DNA of 64,000 nucleotides from Azolla caroliniana (Eukaryota; Plantae; Polypodiophyta), in assembly GCA_043228905.1 (NCBI GenBank), contig JBHGNT010000008.1, positions 13,454,001 through 13,518,000 on the forward strand. Reading direction: 5' to 3'. This document shows positions 1-13,743 of this stretch, in pieces (the first letter of the stretch is position 1; each line of letters opens with the position of its first letter). The notes below the pieces were generated by a model, which did no database searches, was not told the DNA's origin, and saw only the letters and a list, made by a program, of their open reading frames with translations. A program made the position numbers and the translations under genes.

Positions 1-1846
1 GCTCAACAAGTAGGGATGTGGTATTCCTTGAGGATCAAACCGCAAGATCCGGAGCCGAAGGAGATGCCAAAGATTACCTCTGATCCTACGGTCACCAACA
101 ATCCAACTCCTGCCTAGGACATACAAGGTCAAGGGGGAGACGTAGAGGGCTATCAGGATACAGTTGATGATGCAGTTGATGATGCAGTTGATGATGATCT
201 TGATGAGGATAATGAACAAGATCATCAGACCCTAGGGGACCAAACTGATGATGTTTTAGCAGCTCCATCGGAACTGGAAAGGGTGAGAAGGTCTATAAGA
301 CAAAGATGACCTTCAACCAGATACAATCCACATGAGTATGTATTGCTTACACATGGAGCAAAGCCACAGAGCTTTCGGAAAGCTATGGCACATGACCATG
401 AGGAAAAATCGCTTGAGGCCATGAATGATGAGATGGGGTCTTTGCAAGACAATCATAGCTATGATCTTGTAAAGTTGTCTAAGGGAAAGAGAGCGCTCTA
501 AAATAAATGGGTTTTCAGGCTCAAAGCCGAGGAACATTGCCCAGAACCAAGATACAAGGCAAGATTGGTTGTGAAGGGGTTCAACCAGAAAAAGGGTGTT
601 GGTTTCGAGGATATCTTCTCACCAGTAGTAAAGATGTCCTCCTCGGGATTGCAGCCAGTCTCAATCTAGAAATCGAACAACTCAATGTAAAAACTACCTT
701 CCTTCACGGTGTCGTACCTTTCGGCGCCGAATCGGGCTAAAACAAGCTCCCAGGCTCTGGTATAGAAAGTTTCACTTCTGCATACTAAGCCATGGGTATA
801 ACATGACAAACACAGATCACTATGTGTTTTTTAAGAAGTTCTAAGAACATGACTTTGTTATTCTACTTCTATATGTAGATGATATGTTGATTGTTGGTCG
901 AGACACAAACACGATTGAAAAGTGGAAAAGAGAGTTGAATCAATCTTTTGCTATGAAAGACTTGGGGCCAGCCAAGCAAATCCTTGGGATGAAGATAACC
1001 AGGGATAGAGTGAGCAAAAGGTTGTGGCTATCTCAAGAACAATATATTGAGAAAGTTCTTGAGAGATTTAACATGGCCAAGTGTAAGACGGTTAACACTC
1101 CACTCGCAGGCCACTTTAAACTCAGTTCAGCTCAATACCCCACAAATGAGGAAGAGCAAGAGAGAATGAAACAAATACCATATGCATTTGTAGTCTGCAG
1201 TTTAATGTATGCTATGGTATGCACGAGGTCGGACATCACTCATGCAGTCAGTGTAGTGAGCCGTTTTCTCTCGAACCCTGGCAAAGATCATTGGGAAGCG
1301 GTTAAATGGATTCTGAGATATTTGAGAGGTACCATAAGAGTTTGTCTAAAATTTGATGAAAACCAAACTATATTAGATGGGTATAGAAATGCAGATATAG
1401 CTAGTAATATGGACACCAGAAAATCTACATCAGGGTACCTAATGATCTTTGGAGGGGGAGTGGTCTCTTGGAAGTTGAGACTGCCAAAATGTGTGCCAAC
1501 ACTGTCCACAATGGAGGCTGAATATATTGCTGCCACAAAAGCTAGTAAGAAATTGCTATGGCTAAAGAAATTCCTACAAGAGTTGGGGCTGACTCAAGAA
1601 AGATACATTCTGTATTGTGACAGCCAAAGTGTTATACATTTAAACAAGAATTCTTCCTTCGATTTTATGTCAAAACACATAGATGTTAGATACCATTGGA
1701 TTAGAGATGTGCTTGAAGAAAAGCAGATGCACATTGAAAAGATTCACACAAATGATAATGGCTCCAACATGATGAAAAAATGTTTGTCAAGGGAGAAGCT
1801 TGAAGTTTGCAAACAAAAGGCAAACCTAGTTGCCCCCCCCACTTGA
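1..1846 (+). pseudogene. Ty1/Copia pol fragment (RT + RNase H), frameshifted/with stops upstream of 884
   Basis: ORF 884-1846 has Copia RT/RNaseH motifs (MKDLGPAKQILGM, LMYAMVCTRSDI, STSGY, EAEYIAA, LYCDSQS, KHIDVRYHWIR); YVDD encoded at ~871-882; upstream KARLVVKGF in a broken frame. Confidence 0.92.
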
Positions 1847-1862
1847 GATGGAGGGGGAGAAT

Positions 1863-2772
1863 TGTTGGGTCTACCCACTCAAGTGGAGCCCACGACATGG
1901 AGTCGGCTGACAGCCGACTGTTGACTTAGTGCTGAAGCAACTCAACCTCGGCTAAAAAGTAAAATCATTATAATTATTTTTAACTATATATATATATATA
2001 TATACATGTTACATATGTCTTTTTTGGTATGCTATTTTTGGGTGTGTGTCTTTTTTTTCTTTTGTGTGTGTACAGGGACAAAGAAAGACGTTACTTCACA
2101 CGGCTCATAAAAAGGGTGCAAAAACAACGAGAGAAAAAGGCTGAGAGATAGAGAGGAAGAACAAAGTATGATATAGAGAAAACATCATATGGAAAAACAG
2201 AAATAAAGTTGAAAAACAGACATATGAGAGAGAGGTGTGTGAGAGAACGTTGTGAAGATTCTGTAGAAAGAGAGCTCAAGAAAAGGGCAATCGAGAATAA
2301 GAACCTGTTGTGGAAGTGAAGACGGAGATCTCACGAGGAGCTGTCCGAACTACCCTAAGAGTCAACAACAACTCTTCTATCTACCCGTAACAGGTTTATT
2401 TGTTCTTTGTTTTTTTTGGATTTCTTCTTGCTCATTTCCCCCGTTAGGGTGAATATGTGTGTAACCAAGGTTGTAGCCTTGAAATATGTGTGTATTCCTC
2501 TAAAGTGTTAGCTCTAGAGGCTGTCAACACCTTGTATACTCAAAAAATAGTGAATCTATTTCGGAACCTAAGGTTCCCGTGGTTTTTCCCATTTTTGGGT
2601 TTTCCACGTTAAGTGAATCTATTTCGGAACCTAAGGTTCCCGTGGTTTTTCCCATTTTTGGGTTTTCCACGTTAAATCTCGGTGTACTCTCATTTTCTTC
2701 TTGTGGTTTCATCTATTTGGAATCTTGCGTTGGTAGTGCAAATCATCCCGATTCAGATCCATATTCCCATCA
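1863..2772 (+). mobile_element. 3' LTR of the Copia element (right end approximate)
   Basis: PPT GATGGAGGGGGAGA just before TGTTGGG at 1863; Copia-type GTGGTTTTTCCC...GGGTTTTCCAC motif; ends CCCATCA at 2772; 5' LTR outside window. Confidence 0.65.
2549..2674. repeat. 63-bp tandem duplication inside LTR
   Basis: AGTGAATCTATTTCGGAACCTAAGG...TTCCACGTTA twice in tandem. Confidence 0.9.
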
Positions 2773-2928
2773 AGGAGGAGCCCGCTTTTGGCAACCTGTG
2801 CAACAGTATTCACTCGTGGACCTGCAGTAGCCATACTGGTTGCAAAATAGATTATTGGCGAGGCATGTCGAGGGAACGCTAGTGAGGAGCAATGCCGCCG
2901 CCAACAGAATGGCGGCCTTGGCACCCAT
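2770..2928 (-). pseudogene. Signal peptide + degenerate hevein (chitin-binding type 1) domain; probable chitinase/hevein-like gene truncated by Copia insertion
   Basis: Manual translation MGAKAAILLAAALLLTSVPSTCLANNLFCNQYGYCRSTSEYCCTGCQKRAPP*; resembles CCSQYGYCGxTxEYCGxGCQSG; removing one A restores CQSG; stop coincides with the LTR end. Confidence 0.65.
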
Positions 2929-4144
2929 GTGCTGCACTCACTACTCTCACTACGTAGTTTGTGTGCATTTATATACATATACATACAGATGCATTTAAAT
3001 ATACGTAGATATGCAGTGAGGTAGTGGTCGGTCACTACACACTCTCCATCAATTCGACTTGGTTTGACCAATAAATGCAAGACTGGATGCGAGCATGTTC
3101 GAGGATAAAAGAAATGTCATGTCCTAATGCTACTATTAAATTTGATGTGATGAAAAGAAATGTGGGAATTTCCCGAGCCCACCAGAAGAAGCTCGATGTT
3201 CAGTGAATTAATATGGTTGAGCTATGGAGTGGTCATATGCAAACTCGATCTTAACAAACAATGTCGGCCTGCTTTACTAACGAGCGAGTAGCGCATAGTT
3301 TTTTTATTTACGATTTTAACCTTAGTTTCCTAAGTTGTCATGTACATGGTCGATGCGATAACTTGATTGACACTTATCAAGGATACAACCCTACCCATTA
3401 TCAGAACACGATACTTTTGTACGATATGCTATTTATCATTCTTCAAACAAGAGAAGTTCATTATATTTAAAGATATTCATCACTCTTGGAATAGGATGGA
3501 CCTCAATATGTTTAAGGAGGTTCTCATCACATTTGAAACCTCTTAATAGCAACAACTTTTTGAATTATTTCAAAGTCCTTTTCGTGTATATATACTGTGT
3601 TGTTCATGTGTTCTATGTGCAATTCACAATATGAATGAGTCATGATCTATATATATGTCTTCTTTAAACTCTCACATTTAAATTTATATACGAAGAGTTT
3701 AGAAACAAAACTTCTTTTTGAGTGTATAACCAAATCATCAACTTGTTATTTATGTGTGTATGTGTGCATAAGAGGAGAGAAAGAGAGAGACACATGATTA
3801 TACCTGAAATAGCATAAATAATCCTAAGCAAGATCAAGATGGTGGAGAGTGAGTGGGATATCAAGGTATCCACTTCATTCAATCCAAAGGCATATTCCAT
3901 TCATGAAGTTAATGTTGGGCTTTAAGAAACATGCAGCCTCAACTGTATGTTGTTGATCTTTTTATCTCAATACGCACATTTCACCCTTATTTGTGTTGTA
4001 TAGTCAATTGAACAAGAAGTTTGGATTTCTTGTACTCTATCTTCAACTCGGTAGATCACGTGGACATTGGATAGGTTCCTGAATTCGTGCATCGTCCCAT
4101 CTGTTCGTGTCCTCCCCTCCATTTCCATTAGAGGAACAAGAAAA

Positions 4145-4146
<2 letters not shown>

Positions 4147-4203
<57 letters not shown>
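4147..4203. repeat. (AG)n microsatellite
   Basis: Uninterrupted AG run. Confidence 0.97.
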
Positions 4204-4207
<4 letters not shown>

Positions 4208-4276
4208 GACAAAGAAAAATAAAGAAATGGACTTAGCTAACTTCGTCAACCTCCAACATTCTTTTCTCCTAGATAA

Positions 4277-4770
4277 TGAGTGCACGCCATTGGTTTATAA
4301 GACCAACATCAATGATGTAGAGTGTAGCTATCCCATAACGAGCATGGCCACCCAGCTACAAGATTCATAGTCTATGGTATTCATTTTCTCCCAGATCATG
4401 AGTGCACCATGAGTGCACGCCATTGGTTTATAAGACCAACATCAATGATGTAGAGTGTAGCTATCCCATAACGAACATGGCCACCCAGCTACAAGATTCA
4501 TAGTCTATGGTATTCATTTTCTCCCAGATCATGAGTGCACCATGAGTGCACGCCCTTGGTTTATAAGATCAACATCAATGATGTAGAGTGTAGCCATCCC
4601 ATAACAAACATGGCCACCTAGCTACAAGATTCATAGTCTATGGTATTCATTTTCTCCCAGATCATGAGTGCACGCCCTTGGTTTATAAGATCAACATCAA
4701 TGATGTAGAGTGTAGCCATCCCATAACGAACATGGCCACCCAACTACAAGATACATAGTCTATGGTATTC
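4277..4770. repeat. Tandem repeat, ~120-131 bp unit x4
   Basis: Unit ATGAGTGCACGCC(A/C)TTGGTTTATAAGA...TAGTCTATGGTATTC repeated four times; 11-bp internal duplication at two junctions. Confidence 0.93.
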
Positions 4771-5029
4771 GAGTGGTCCCATGTTGATTGTTCTTGAGAT
4801 GGTTCGTAGTGTATACTGTTAGTTGTTGTGCTGGAGAGAGGGTGAGAATTAGACCCATGTTGATATGGGGTTGCTCATGTCACCGTTATAACGTTGATTC
4901 TGCGAATTTGAATTTTTCTTGTGGATGTTATGAACACATGAACATTACTATTGGCTGGTTCGAACACCCAAGTGTGAAAAGGCCGAAAAGCTGTTATGAG
5001 CCGGACAGTCGAAAGAGATGAGTCAAGCA

Positions 5030-6100
5030 TACACTGTTTTAACTGCCAACAACTGGAGCATTACGCAACCCAATGTCAATGATGGGACAAAGACAAGGGA
5101 CCAACTGTAAATACAATCACTTGAGGTATACCAAGTTACCATGTGCAGCCAAGCCATGGCATCAGAATGGGAGGTTCAGAATGAAATCCAGAAGGTGGTG
5201 AAAGTATGGGTAAAAAAAGCGAACAATGAGAATGTCGACCAAATGAGGCAAGAAAGCATAACCGGCGACCCCTCCGCCAGCTCTGGATGTTGCCACAATG
5301 GCGGATGAGGACCCCATTTGGTAGGCCCTTGCGGCCTACCAAATCACGATGTCTCACGATGTGAATGCACAAAATGCTGAACCTAGTCCCGTAGTTTAGA
5401 CAGTCAGCGGAAGCCCGAATACTTAAGGAGGACCCACCAGCCATTACGACACACATCATAGAGTTCGCTGCAGGGCCGGCGGTCGTGGACCATCATAATC
5501 CCGCCATCAAGCTCATCATCAAGGGGAAAGAAATATTCGGGTGCATAATTGACGGCGGCTTGGGTGTAAATGTCATAAGTAAAGAGACCTGTACCCGCTT
5601 GGGATCACAACTTGGGAAGCTTGCCCATTTTGGCTTCACATGGCTGACACCCGACCCGGTCAGTCCGACCTTTGGGACTGTTGCGGAAATTAGGAATCAT
5701 AGTAGGCGGCCATACATTCGAAATATTGGTGGTGATCCTACCACTGGACGCACCAAGAGCATACCCCTACTATTACAACAGCCATGGGTGCGCTCGGCGA
5801 ATATCAAACAAAATTGGCAACATAATAATATTACCTTGTGCTAGGGCCGAACCAAAATTCGGGTGTCGACCCAAGAGAGTGTGCCAACAACGAAAGACTT
5901 GACCATGTTGTATGCGGAAGAAATCCAGATGCTAGAAGGACTGGAAGATGAAGAAGTGGATCAATACATTGAAGAAAACCCGTGGCTCGTACCCCTCTTT
6001 GAAATTGATGTTATCACAACGGCCGACGCGAATGTTAAACCCATGATGGCTAAGGAAGACGTTTGTGAGCGGGACACAGATGCGGTCATAGAGCATCGTT
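5030..6100 (+). pseudogene. Ty3/Gypsy gag zinc knuckle + aspartic protease remnant
   Basis: CFNCQQLEHYATQC near 5034; IIDGGLGVNVIS in ORF 5485; frameshifts. Confidence 0.65.
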
Positions 6101-6149
6101 CCACCTTACACCAGACTGGAGATGCTTCTCATCCTACAAAGCCGGAGAT

Positions 6150-7040
6150 CACGGTTGTGTCTGGATGGGGAATGAAGGGACTTACGGAATCATCAGCATA
6201 AGAGATGTGTTGTTGACAACATCAACCGGATGCAAATTGCTATTGTAAGATGTCTGACACGTTTTGGAGGTTTGGTTGAACCTGATATCAGCCGGTCGAC
6301 TAGATGATGAAGGCTACATGGGTAGCATTTGGAACAGAGTTATGAAATTCAGCAAAGGAAGCCTTATTGTGGCTCGAGCCCGGAAGATCAACACATTGTA
6401 CCTAATGCATGCCCGAAGAAGTGAACGTAGCATCAGACACTTATGGTGAGTTGTGGCACAAGAGACTGTGTCATATGAGCCAAATGGGGATGAGAAGACT
6501 TGCCAAAGACAACCTCATTCCGGAGGTGAAAGACGTGCATCTTGAGAAGTGCACCGATTGCTTGGCCGGCAAGCAAAACCAAACCTCCTTCCGGTCAAGA
6601 CCACCGAATGAGACGGAATGCATCACTTGAGCTTGTGCATACCAATGTGTGTCAAGTAGACACGAAGTCACATGCCGGATCGCAATACTTCGTGATGTTT
6701 ATAGATGACCACAGCCGGAAGTTGTGGGTCTCACCATTAAAGATGAAGGATCAGGTGTTGTCTGTCTTCTAGCCGAAAGGATGAACCAATCTATCATGGA
6801 GAGAGTCCGGAGCATGTTGGCACATGCAAAGCTACCCAAGCCGTTTTGGGCTGAGGCACTGATGACAGCGACGTATGTCATAAACAGATCACCCTCAGCA
6901 CCATTGGACAGAGACACACCACAGAGAGTATGGACCGGTAAAGACGTGTCTTACCGGCATCTGAAGGTGTTCGGGTGTCTCGCATATGTGCATGTTGCAA
7001 AGGATAAGAGAGCAAAGCTAGATCTGAAGTCCCACTACGG
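6150..7040 (+). pseudogene. Copia gag-pre-integrase/integrase remnant
   Basis: LWHKRLCHMS..CTDCLAGKQ, YFVMFIDDHSRK, FWAEALMTATYVINRSPS, LKVFGCLAYVHV. Confidence 0.85.
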
Positions 7041-8307
7041 ACCATGAGTCCTTCAAATATTTCTGTGACCAACAAGATCTCAAGGGTCATAAGGCACGGT
7101 GGGCATATCTCATCAAGAACATTGATTTTTCCATACGATATCATAAAGGTTCCATGAACATTGTTAATGATGCACTAAGTCACATGTGTGAATTTAACAT
7201 GCCTATCTTCACTGAAATAACATAAGATCTTTATGATCACCTTCGAGGAAAGTGTCCTGATGATAGTTATTTTGGAAAATACTAGGGAAGGGTTGAGTTT
7301 GGAACAGACAGTACCACAACCTCGAAGGAATCCTTCCACATTGCCAACGGCCTGCCCTACCGTAATGGGAAAGTTTGTGTTCCATATTTGCTTGAGGTCA
7401 AAAATAGAATTCTTTTTTAATGGCATGATGCACCCTTAGCAGGGCACCCTGGAATACATCACAAACTCATTCTCATCTCCACTCAATTCTACTGGCCTAA
7501 GATTCATCCTTACATACATAACTATGTGACTAAATGTCATTAGTGTTAGGTTAACAAAGCCACGAAACTTAAAGCCGCTGGACAAGTATATCCATGGATT
7601 TTATTGTTAGCCTTCCTCGCAGCCAAAAAGGCCATGATGCGGTAACTGCTAGACTAACTAAAATGGCCAGTTTTATTGCTACTAAAACCACAGAAACGGC
7701 TCCTAAATTGGCTTACCAATTCATTGATGAGTTATTTTGTTTTTATGGGTTACTTATGGATATGGTGTGTTCAAGATCCAAAATTTACTAGGGACTTTTG
7801 GACACAAGTCTTTAAGAAGTTGGAAACTACTTTGTGCATGAGCTCCGTAGATCATCCTCAATCCGATGGACAGACAGAACGAGTAAATCAAATAATTGAG
7901 GATATTCTTCGAGCATACATTGGTGCAAAGCCAACTAAATGGGAAAATTATCTCCTTAATTTGGAGTTAGCTTACAATAGCTCCAAGCATACATCGATGG
8001 GATATAGTCCTTTTATGTTGATGTATGGTTTTCAACCACGAACACCAATTGATGTTAATATCCATCATGATGAGTTGTGAAGTATGGAAAAATTTCTTCA
8101 TAATATGCAAGATATGGTCATATTGCACGAGATAATATAAAAATAGTTGAAGATAAAGCGTGATTTTATGCCGACCATAATAGGCAACCTTGTGTATTCA
8201 ACCCTGGACAGAAGGTATTTTTACGTTGTCGCGAAGATTCGCGCGTGCGTGTGCTACTCGAGCGACCACCGGGGTCTTGGACTGGGGAGGATGTTTGCGG
8301 AATCATT

Positions 8308-8325
8308 TGGTGAACCCGACGTGAA
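8308..8325 (+). promoter_or_regulatory. Primer-binding site complementary to 3' end of plant tRNA-Trp
   Basis: TGGTGAACCCGACGTGAA = reverse complement of ...TTCACGTCGGGTTCACCA (plant tRNA-Trp 3' end recalled from memory). Confidence 0.75.
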
Positions 8326-10774
8326 GAGTAGCAGGGGAGGACGAAGATGGATGGCGAATATCTCATGGAGGCAATGTCAAAAAGGATGATGGAGTTTCTG
8401 AGAGAAGGGAAAAGACGAAATGAAGCCCAACAAGCCGTCGATAGGGTAGTCGAGCGAGTGAGCTATTTCAACGGTGCCGAAGTCCAAAGTTTCCTAAAAG
8501 TCTACAATGCGGAGATGGATTCAAGAGGTGTGGACAAAGCTATGAGGCTAGAGTACTTTTGTCGGGTGGTGTCTCAACCGATCTTCAAAGATGTAAAAGA
8601 GCTTCTAGAAGCTCATGATTCGTGGGTGACTTTCGAGAAGGCTCTATTGGAGGAATATGGCTATGAGAGACTGAAGGGAGGAGATCGACGCAACTTCGAC
8701 CAATGGGTGACATCAGCAAAGACCCACCAAGGCGCGACACAAGCATTCGTAGAATTCGAGCATCATTTTTCTCAACTCTCGGAGCGGGAACAAAGATTAG
8801 TGGGGGTCGATAAGCTCCTTATGTTCGTGAAGTCAATCGATTGAATGGAAAGGATGTCCATCGGCCTCAAACTCGAAGAAGATGATTGTGCAAATGGCCT
8901 CATCGAGGATTGGAGCAAAGTGGAAAGTGTATGCCGACTACACGATAAGGGGCAAGCAAGAATATCGACGACAACAAGACGGCCCATGAGGGACGATTGA
9001 AGAGGGGCGAGATGCAGCAACGCGCCACCAACAAAAGAAATAAAGCTTAAAAGGGAGACAAAACCGAGGTGAATGATGATCTAGGAAGAAGAGACCTCCC
9101 AACAAATGCGGGTTAATGAAGTGGCCGATACAAAGGCTCAGGTTCGGTATGACGGTATTGAGAGAGAAGGTGCGAAACAAGTCACCTTCTTGTCTTACGA
9201 AGAAACGATGGCCAAGGAGGAGGCCAATGACTCGAGGACGGTGAACGCCACTTTGAGGGAGGATAAATGTTTCGGAACACGCATTGTGTACGAAACATTG
9301 GGTGATGAAGGTGCAAGCATGAGAAAATCTTGCATGATCGAGGGAGATGAAGTGTTTGAGCCATGACAAACGACATCGAGTCGAAGGTGACTATGGACGA
9401 GTCGACAACGGATAGCCATGTCAAGACTTTCTTCACGCTTGTTCCAAAGACTTCGGTGTTTGCGCCCGCGTGCCAACGTGAGACCGGAGAGACGGAAGGT
9501 GGCGACGGGAAGATGAAGGCCCAACACGAGGAAGAAGATTGAGGACGAAAGGATATCCCCACACCTATTCTAGAGACTTCGGCGGTTGTGCACGTGCGCC
9601 AACGTGAGACCGGAGAGACGGAATGTGTGGACGGAAAAGTGGACGACCGGAAGGGCGATGAGGAAGACAAGGTAAATGTGCATGAACGAAGGGATTCCTT
9701 CACACTGGTTCCGAAGACTTCGGCAGTCGAGACCATGTGTCGACATAAGACCGAAGATAAAGGAGGTGGCGGAGAGGAGACAATATGGCTCGAGGCAAGC
9801 ATACACGGAGGGAAGGATGTGGCCGACGAGGAGGCCAAGGATGAAGCCGCGGTTGAGTTCAATGGAGAGGCGGCATGCGGGAAAGAAGGACTAGTTGAGA
9901 ACCGGTCGAACCAGAAGACGATCCGGCCGGGATTCCGGCCCGAAAGAAGGAAGATCCACATCGGAGCGGATCGACCGGGGCCGACCCGGCCGAAACCTGA
10001 TTCGGCCGAAATCGATTGGACAATCCCGATCCAAAAGGGGGCCGACCCGGTCGAAATCAATCGGTCGAGCCCGACTCGGAGAAATGTGAATGCAGACGAA
10101 GGCCAACCGAGCCAAGAAGCGATCGATGGAGACCGATCCGGACAAGGGAAAACCCGGCCTAATCAGAGATCGACACGAATGATCCACAATACCCAGTTGA
10201 AGACGGTGAGTGCGAGGAGTGGCCAAGATTCCAATCGAAGGACACGTGCGGTGGACGAAGGAAGGGCGGTCAGATTGACGACATCATTCGGTAGATCTAC
10301 TACAACTGACCAGGCAAGAAGGTGTGAGCGCCGGATATGGTGGATCGAGTGGCTACGGTGGTTCAGTTGGAAAGATTGCGCATACTCTAAGCGGAAGACG
10401 AAGTCAGACGAGGTCGACGAGCATGCAAAGGAACTCGGTTGATCACCAACACCGGGTCATTTGAAACAGGTAATATGTCGCATTATGAGAACACTATGTC
10501 GAAAAAGGGCACAAAAGCACGCAGTTTTCAAAAAGACACGACGCATGCATAAAGCTTTTCAGAAAAGGTGGCAAAATATATTGAATTTCAACATGACTAC
10601 CACTTTGAGGCATAAGTAAAATGCCTCCAAAATTACATCACCAAAATTACAAAATAATGTACAACATGTCTACCAGTTACAATTATACATATTCGTGAGT
10701 TTACATCCAAAACAAATTTACAAAGTTTCCAATCATGTAGTAAAACAATCCCCAGCTTGAACCAAACCAATATA

Positions 10775-13446
10775 TTAAGACATGTCTGATGGACTAGAAG
10801 AGCATTCTGACATCTCATCCTCATCATCAGTGGCAATCAAAGCATTATCCTCATCCAATTCCAACCCAACATCTTTGTGGTTATGAGAATTGCTTGTGGT
10901 TATTCTCTGTATTTCGTTTGACACCATGTTTGGGATTTTCTCCTTTATTATCTTGATAGCTGCTTGTCTTAGATGACCTGATTTTGTCAATGAGAAGTCA
11001 TATACTAGTATGTCAACACAGTCTAGTGCGAGAGTAGCCGTGCTCAGTATATTCTTTCTTCTTCTCTTTCTGCTTGAACATCCGACATCCTTAACCATCT
11101 CTAAAGAATACTTTCCTGTAAATGCATCAGGTGAATTTGTCTGATACCAATGGACTACTATTGACTTTGTCTGACTACTTTCTTCATCCCTTACTAATTC
11201 AATAATTTCTGCAATCCAAAATGGATGGCCCAAGGTATCGTCCCCTGCTAATGTTGCAACCAACACTCCCATTTGTAGTTCTTGCAAATTACCTTGCCAT
11301 CTTGCCTCAACAGTACGTGACTTTCTTGGTCCCACATAAATATCTCTTTGCAGTGGCCGAACTAAATCATGAAGCTCCATATTATTCGATTGTTGGTGAT
11401 GAGTCTGCGATATCGTTGATGTCATCCCAATGTTCCATGTGAATGGGATACGGATTGGCCATAAACCGGCGATGTAATTATCTAAAATGGTGCGTTGATG
11501 GGTGAAGAAAATCTCCCACCATTCAACATCCTCATCACTGACATACTTCTTAGTCCGATCTATATTATTTTGTTTCTCTGCTAGACATCTCAACCAATAT
11601 GCCCTTTGCTCATCAATAGTACTATTTGGTGCTACATTTTTACGATCATCATATGGGATTTGTTGTGCACCATGTAGAGGTTCATCTGGGATATGAAGAA
11701 GGAGCCTACAACCTTCTTGGGGCTCCCATTGTGCACTAGATGAGTATTGTTTCGCAAACAACACCTTCATCTTCAGGTGGGCCGATCTTTGTTTTATGAG
11801 GAAGACATGGTTGAAACTTATATTATTAAGAGGTGCAAGCACCCTACCTTTAGTCCCATCACTATCCATGCAGAAACGTTTAAAGTCGTATACTTCTTCC
11901 AAGTGTTGTACTTCAGGCTTTGGTGTATATGCTTCACTAATCAATTTGGATAGCGTGGGAAGTGTGAAAGCATTACAGCGAGCAAGTTTCTTTGAGAACC
12001 TACTGAACATTTGATCTATGTGATCATGGGTATGACCAACCAACAAGAAGTTAACCTTTATCTTTTTAAATATGCCCCTCTCTACTAGCATGCTTAGATA
12101 GCCGAAGACAGTTGAGTTCTTATTCTCTCTTGATGTGTTGTCTAGTTGCACAAATTGAACTAGCGGGAGTATAGCTGACCATGATTGTAATACCCTGTGC
12201 ATGACAGTGACAGTAAGATTAGGGTCGTTGTGGATATTGGGATAAGTTAAGAACACTTGCGGTCTTATAGTTTGACAATATGTCAAACCACCCACTAGAT
12301 GCATTTGCACGAGACACTCATCTCCAATATCCTTGGGGAGTCTTTGAAAATGCGGCAAACAAGTTTTCTTTTGATCCATGCCGTCAATAATCATGCACAT
12401 ATACTTTTCGGGAGATTGAAACGCTTTTTGTCGGTGATGCATAGCCTTAGTAAGTTCCAATGCCTGACTTTCACGATGTTCTTTTAACAGGTTCTTGTAA
12501 TTCTTGATCTCTACATCTGATTTTCCACCCTTGGCCATACTTTTTAAACTCGCACATATTGAGCAGACTCCCATTCGCACCTTTCGTGGGATAACCACGT
12601 TATTAAATTGTAACCTCCATAGTCGATTAAAATGCCTGTACTGTATGTAAGGCTCAACATCGGAAGACGTGTCGTCCTTGTACGATTGGTAAACTTCCCT
12701 TCGAGTAAAGTTATCTAACAAATGAAATCTTCCTGTCGTTGGCATAACTTCGCACTGTTTTGAAAAATATACCTCCATCCACCTAATTTCCTGTTGCCCA
12801 ATTTGACCCTTACATCCAGAACCATTTTGATCGAACTGTACCCAGGAGCCCTTCAGAAGTCGCTCTTGAACTCGTTGCAGCCGCATATTTCCAATGCTAT
12901 GAGTGATTTTAAAAGCTGCTCGACAACACTTGGTATTTAGTCCAAGGAAATATTCAACTTGCGTTGAATTAGGCCCTGCTTTGTGATCCAATTTAAGTTG
13001 CATATGCGAAAGAATTTATGTATCTTGCTCTTCCCCATTAAGCGACAAGTATTTTTGTCGTGTTTCACGTAACCTTGACTTTCCATAAGTTGATAGACAG
13101 AGATTCGCACAACACGATTTGTTCAAGTCGCATAGAAGTTGACGATCAGAACATAAGAAATTAAATCTCTTTTCACTAACTTGTCGAGGAACTCTTTTAA
13201 ATGCTAGAGGTTTAGTAATGCTATTGTTATCTATCGACGAAGAATCATCCGCTTGTAAGCTTGCATGAAGAGGGCCATCAAGAGGATCAATTGAAAACAG
13301 AGAATTCGAAGTACTAGGAGCCACACTTTTCTGTTTAAGCCGCGAATTTTTTTGTGGTCGTACTCTTCTATTGAGAAATACGAGTTGTCTGACAATGAAA
13401 AGGGGGCAATAGAAAAAAGAGATGTTCTACTTGTAGAAGAAGACAT
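10775..13446 (-). pseudogene. Sola1-like/DUF7869-type DDD transposase; 742-aa open core, in-frame stop at 13016-13018 and an apparent frameshift near 13330-13350
   Basis: Motifs CSIC..H, IIDGMDQKKTCLP, QLDNTSRENKN, FLLVGHTHDHIDQMFS; Cys cluster CCANLC upstream; ORF 13016-13324 is in frame with 10775-13003. Confidence 0.8.
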
Positions 13447-13743
13447 TTGAGGGAGTCTAACAGTATTCTAAAACCTTCTTTTGAGAAAATTAAGGAATGC
13501 TAAAGCCTAACTATATAACTACCCGAACACTTAGATTAACTATATTATTTTCCGAAATTTTCCTAAAAAACAAATAATTAAAAATTATTTTTTATTTTAA
13601 AAGGAATGCTAAAGTCTTCTATATAAGGAGGTTAGAAATTTCATTTTCATTATCACTTGAAAGAATCCATCGAGCTCAGAGCACAGGCCAATTTTCGAGC
13701 ACTCAGAAGCACATCGTCGACAGCACTACCTCCGGCACGAACC

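Noticed and set aside
4277-4770. Possible CRISPR array
   Set aside because: Whole units repeat with no unique spacers; eukaryotic context; no cas genes
9182-10442. 292-aa and 284-aa ORFs as host genes
   Set aside because: Low-complexity internal region of element A and its antisense shadow
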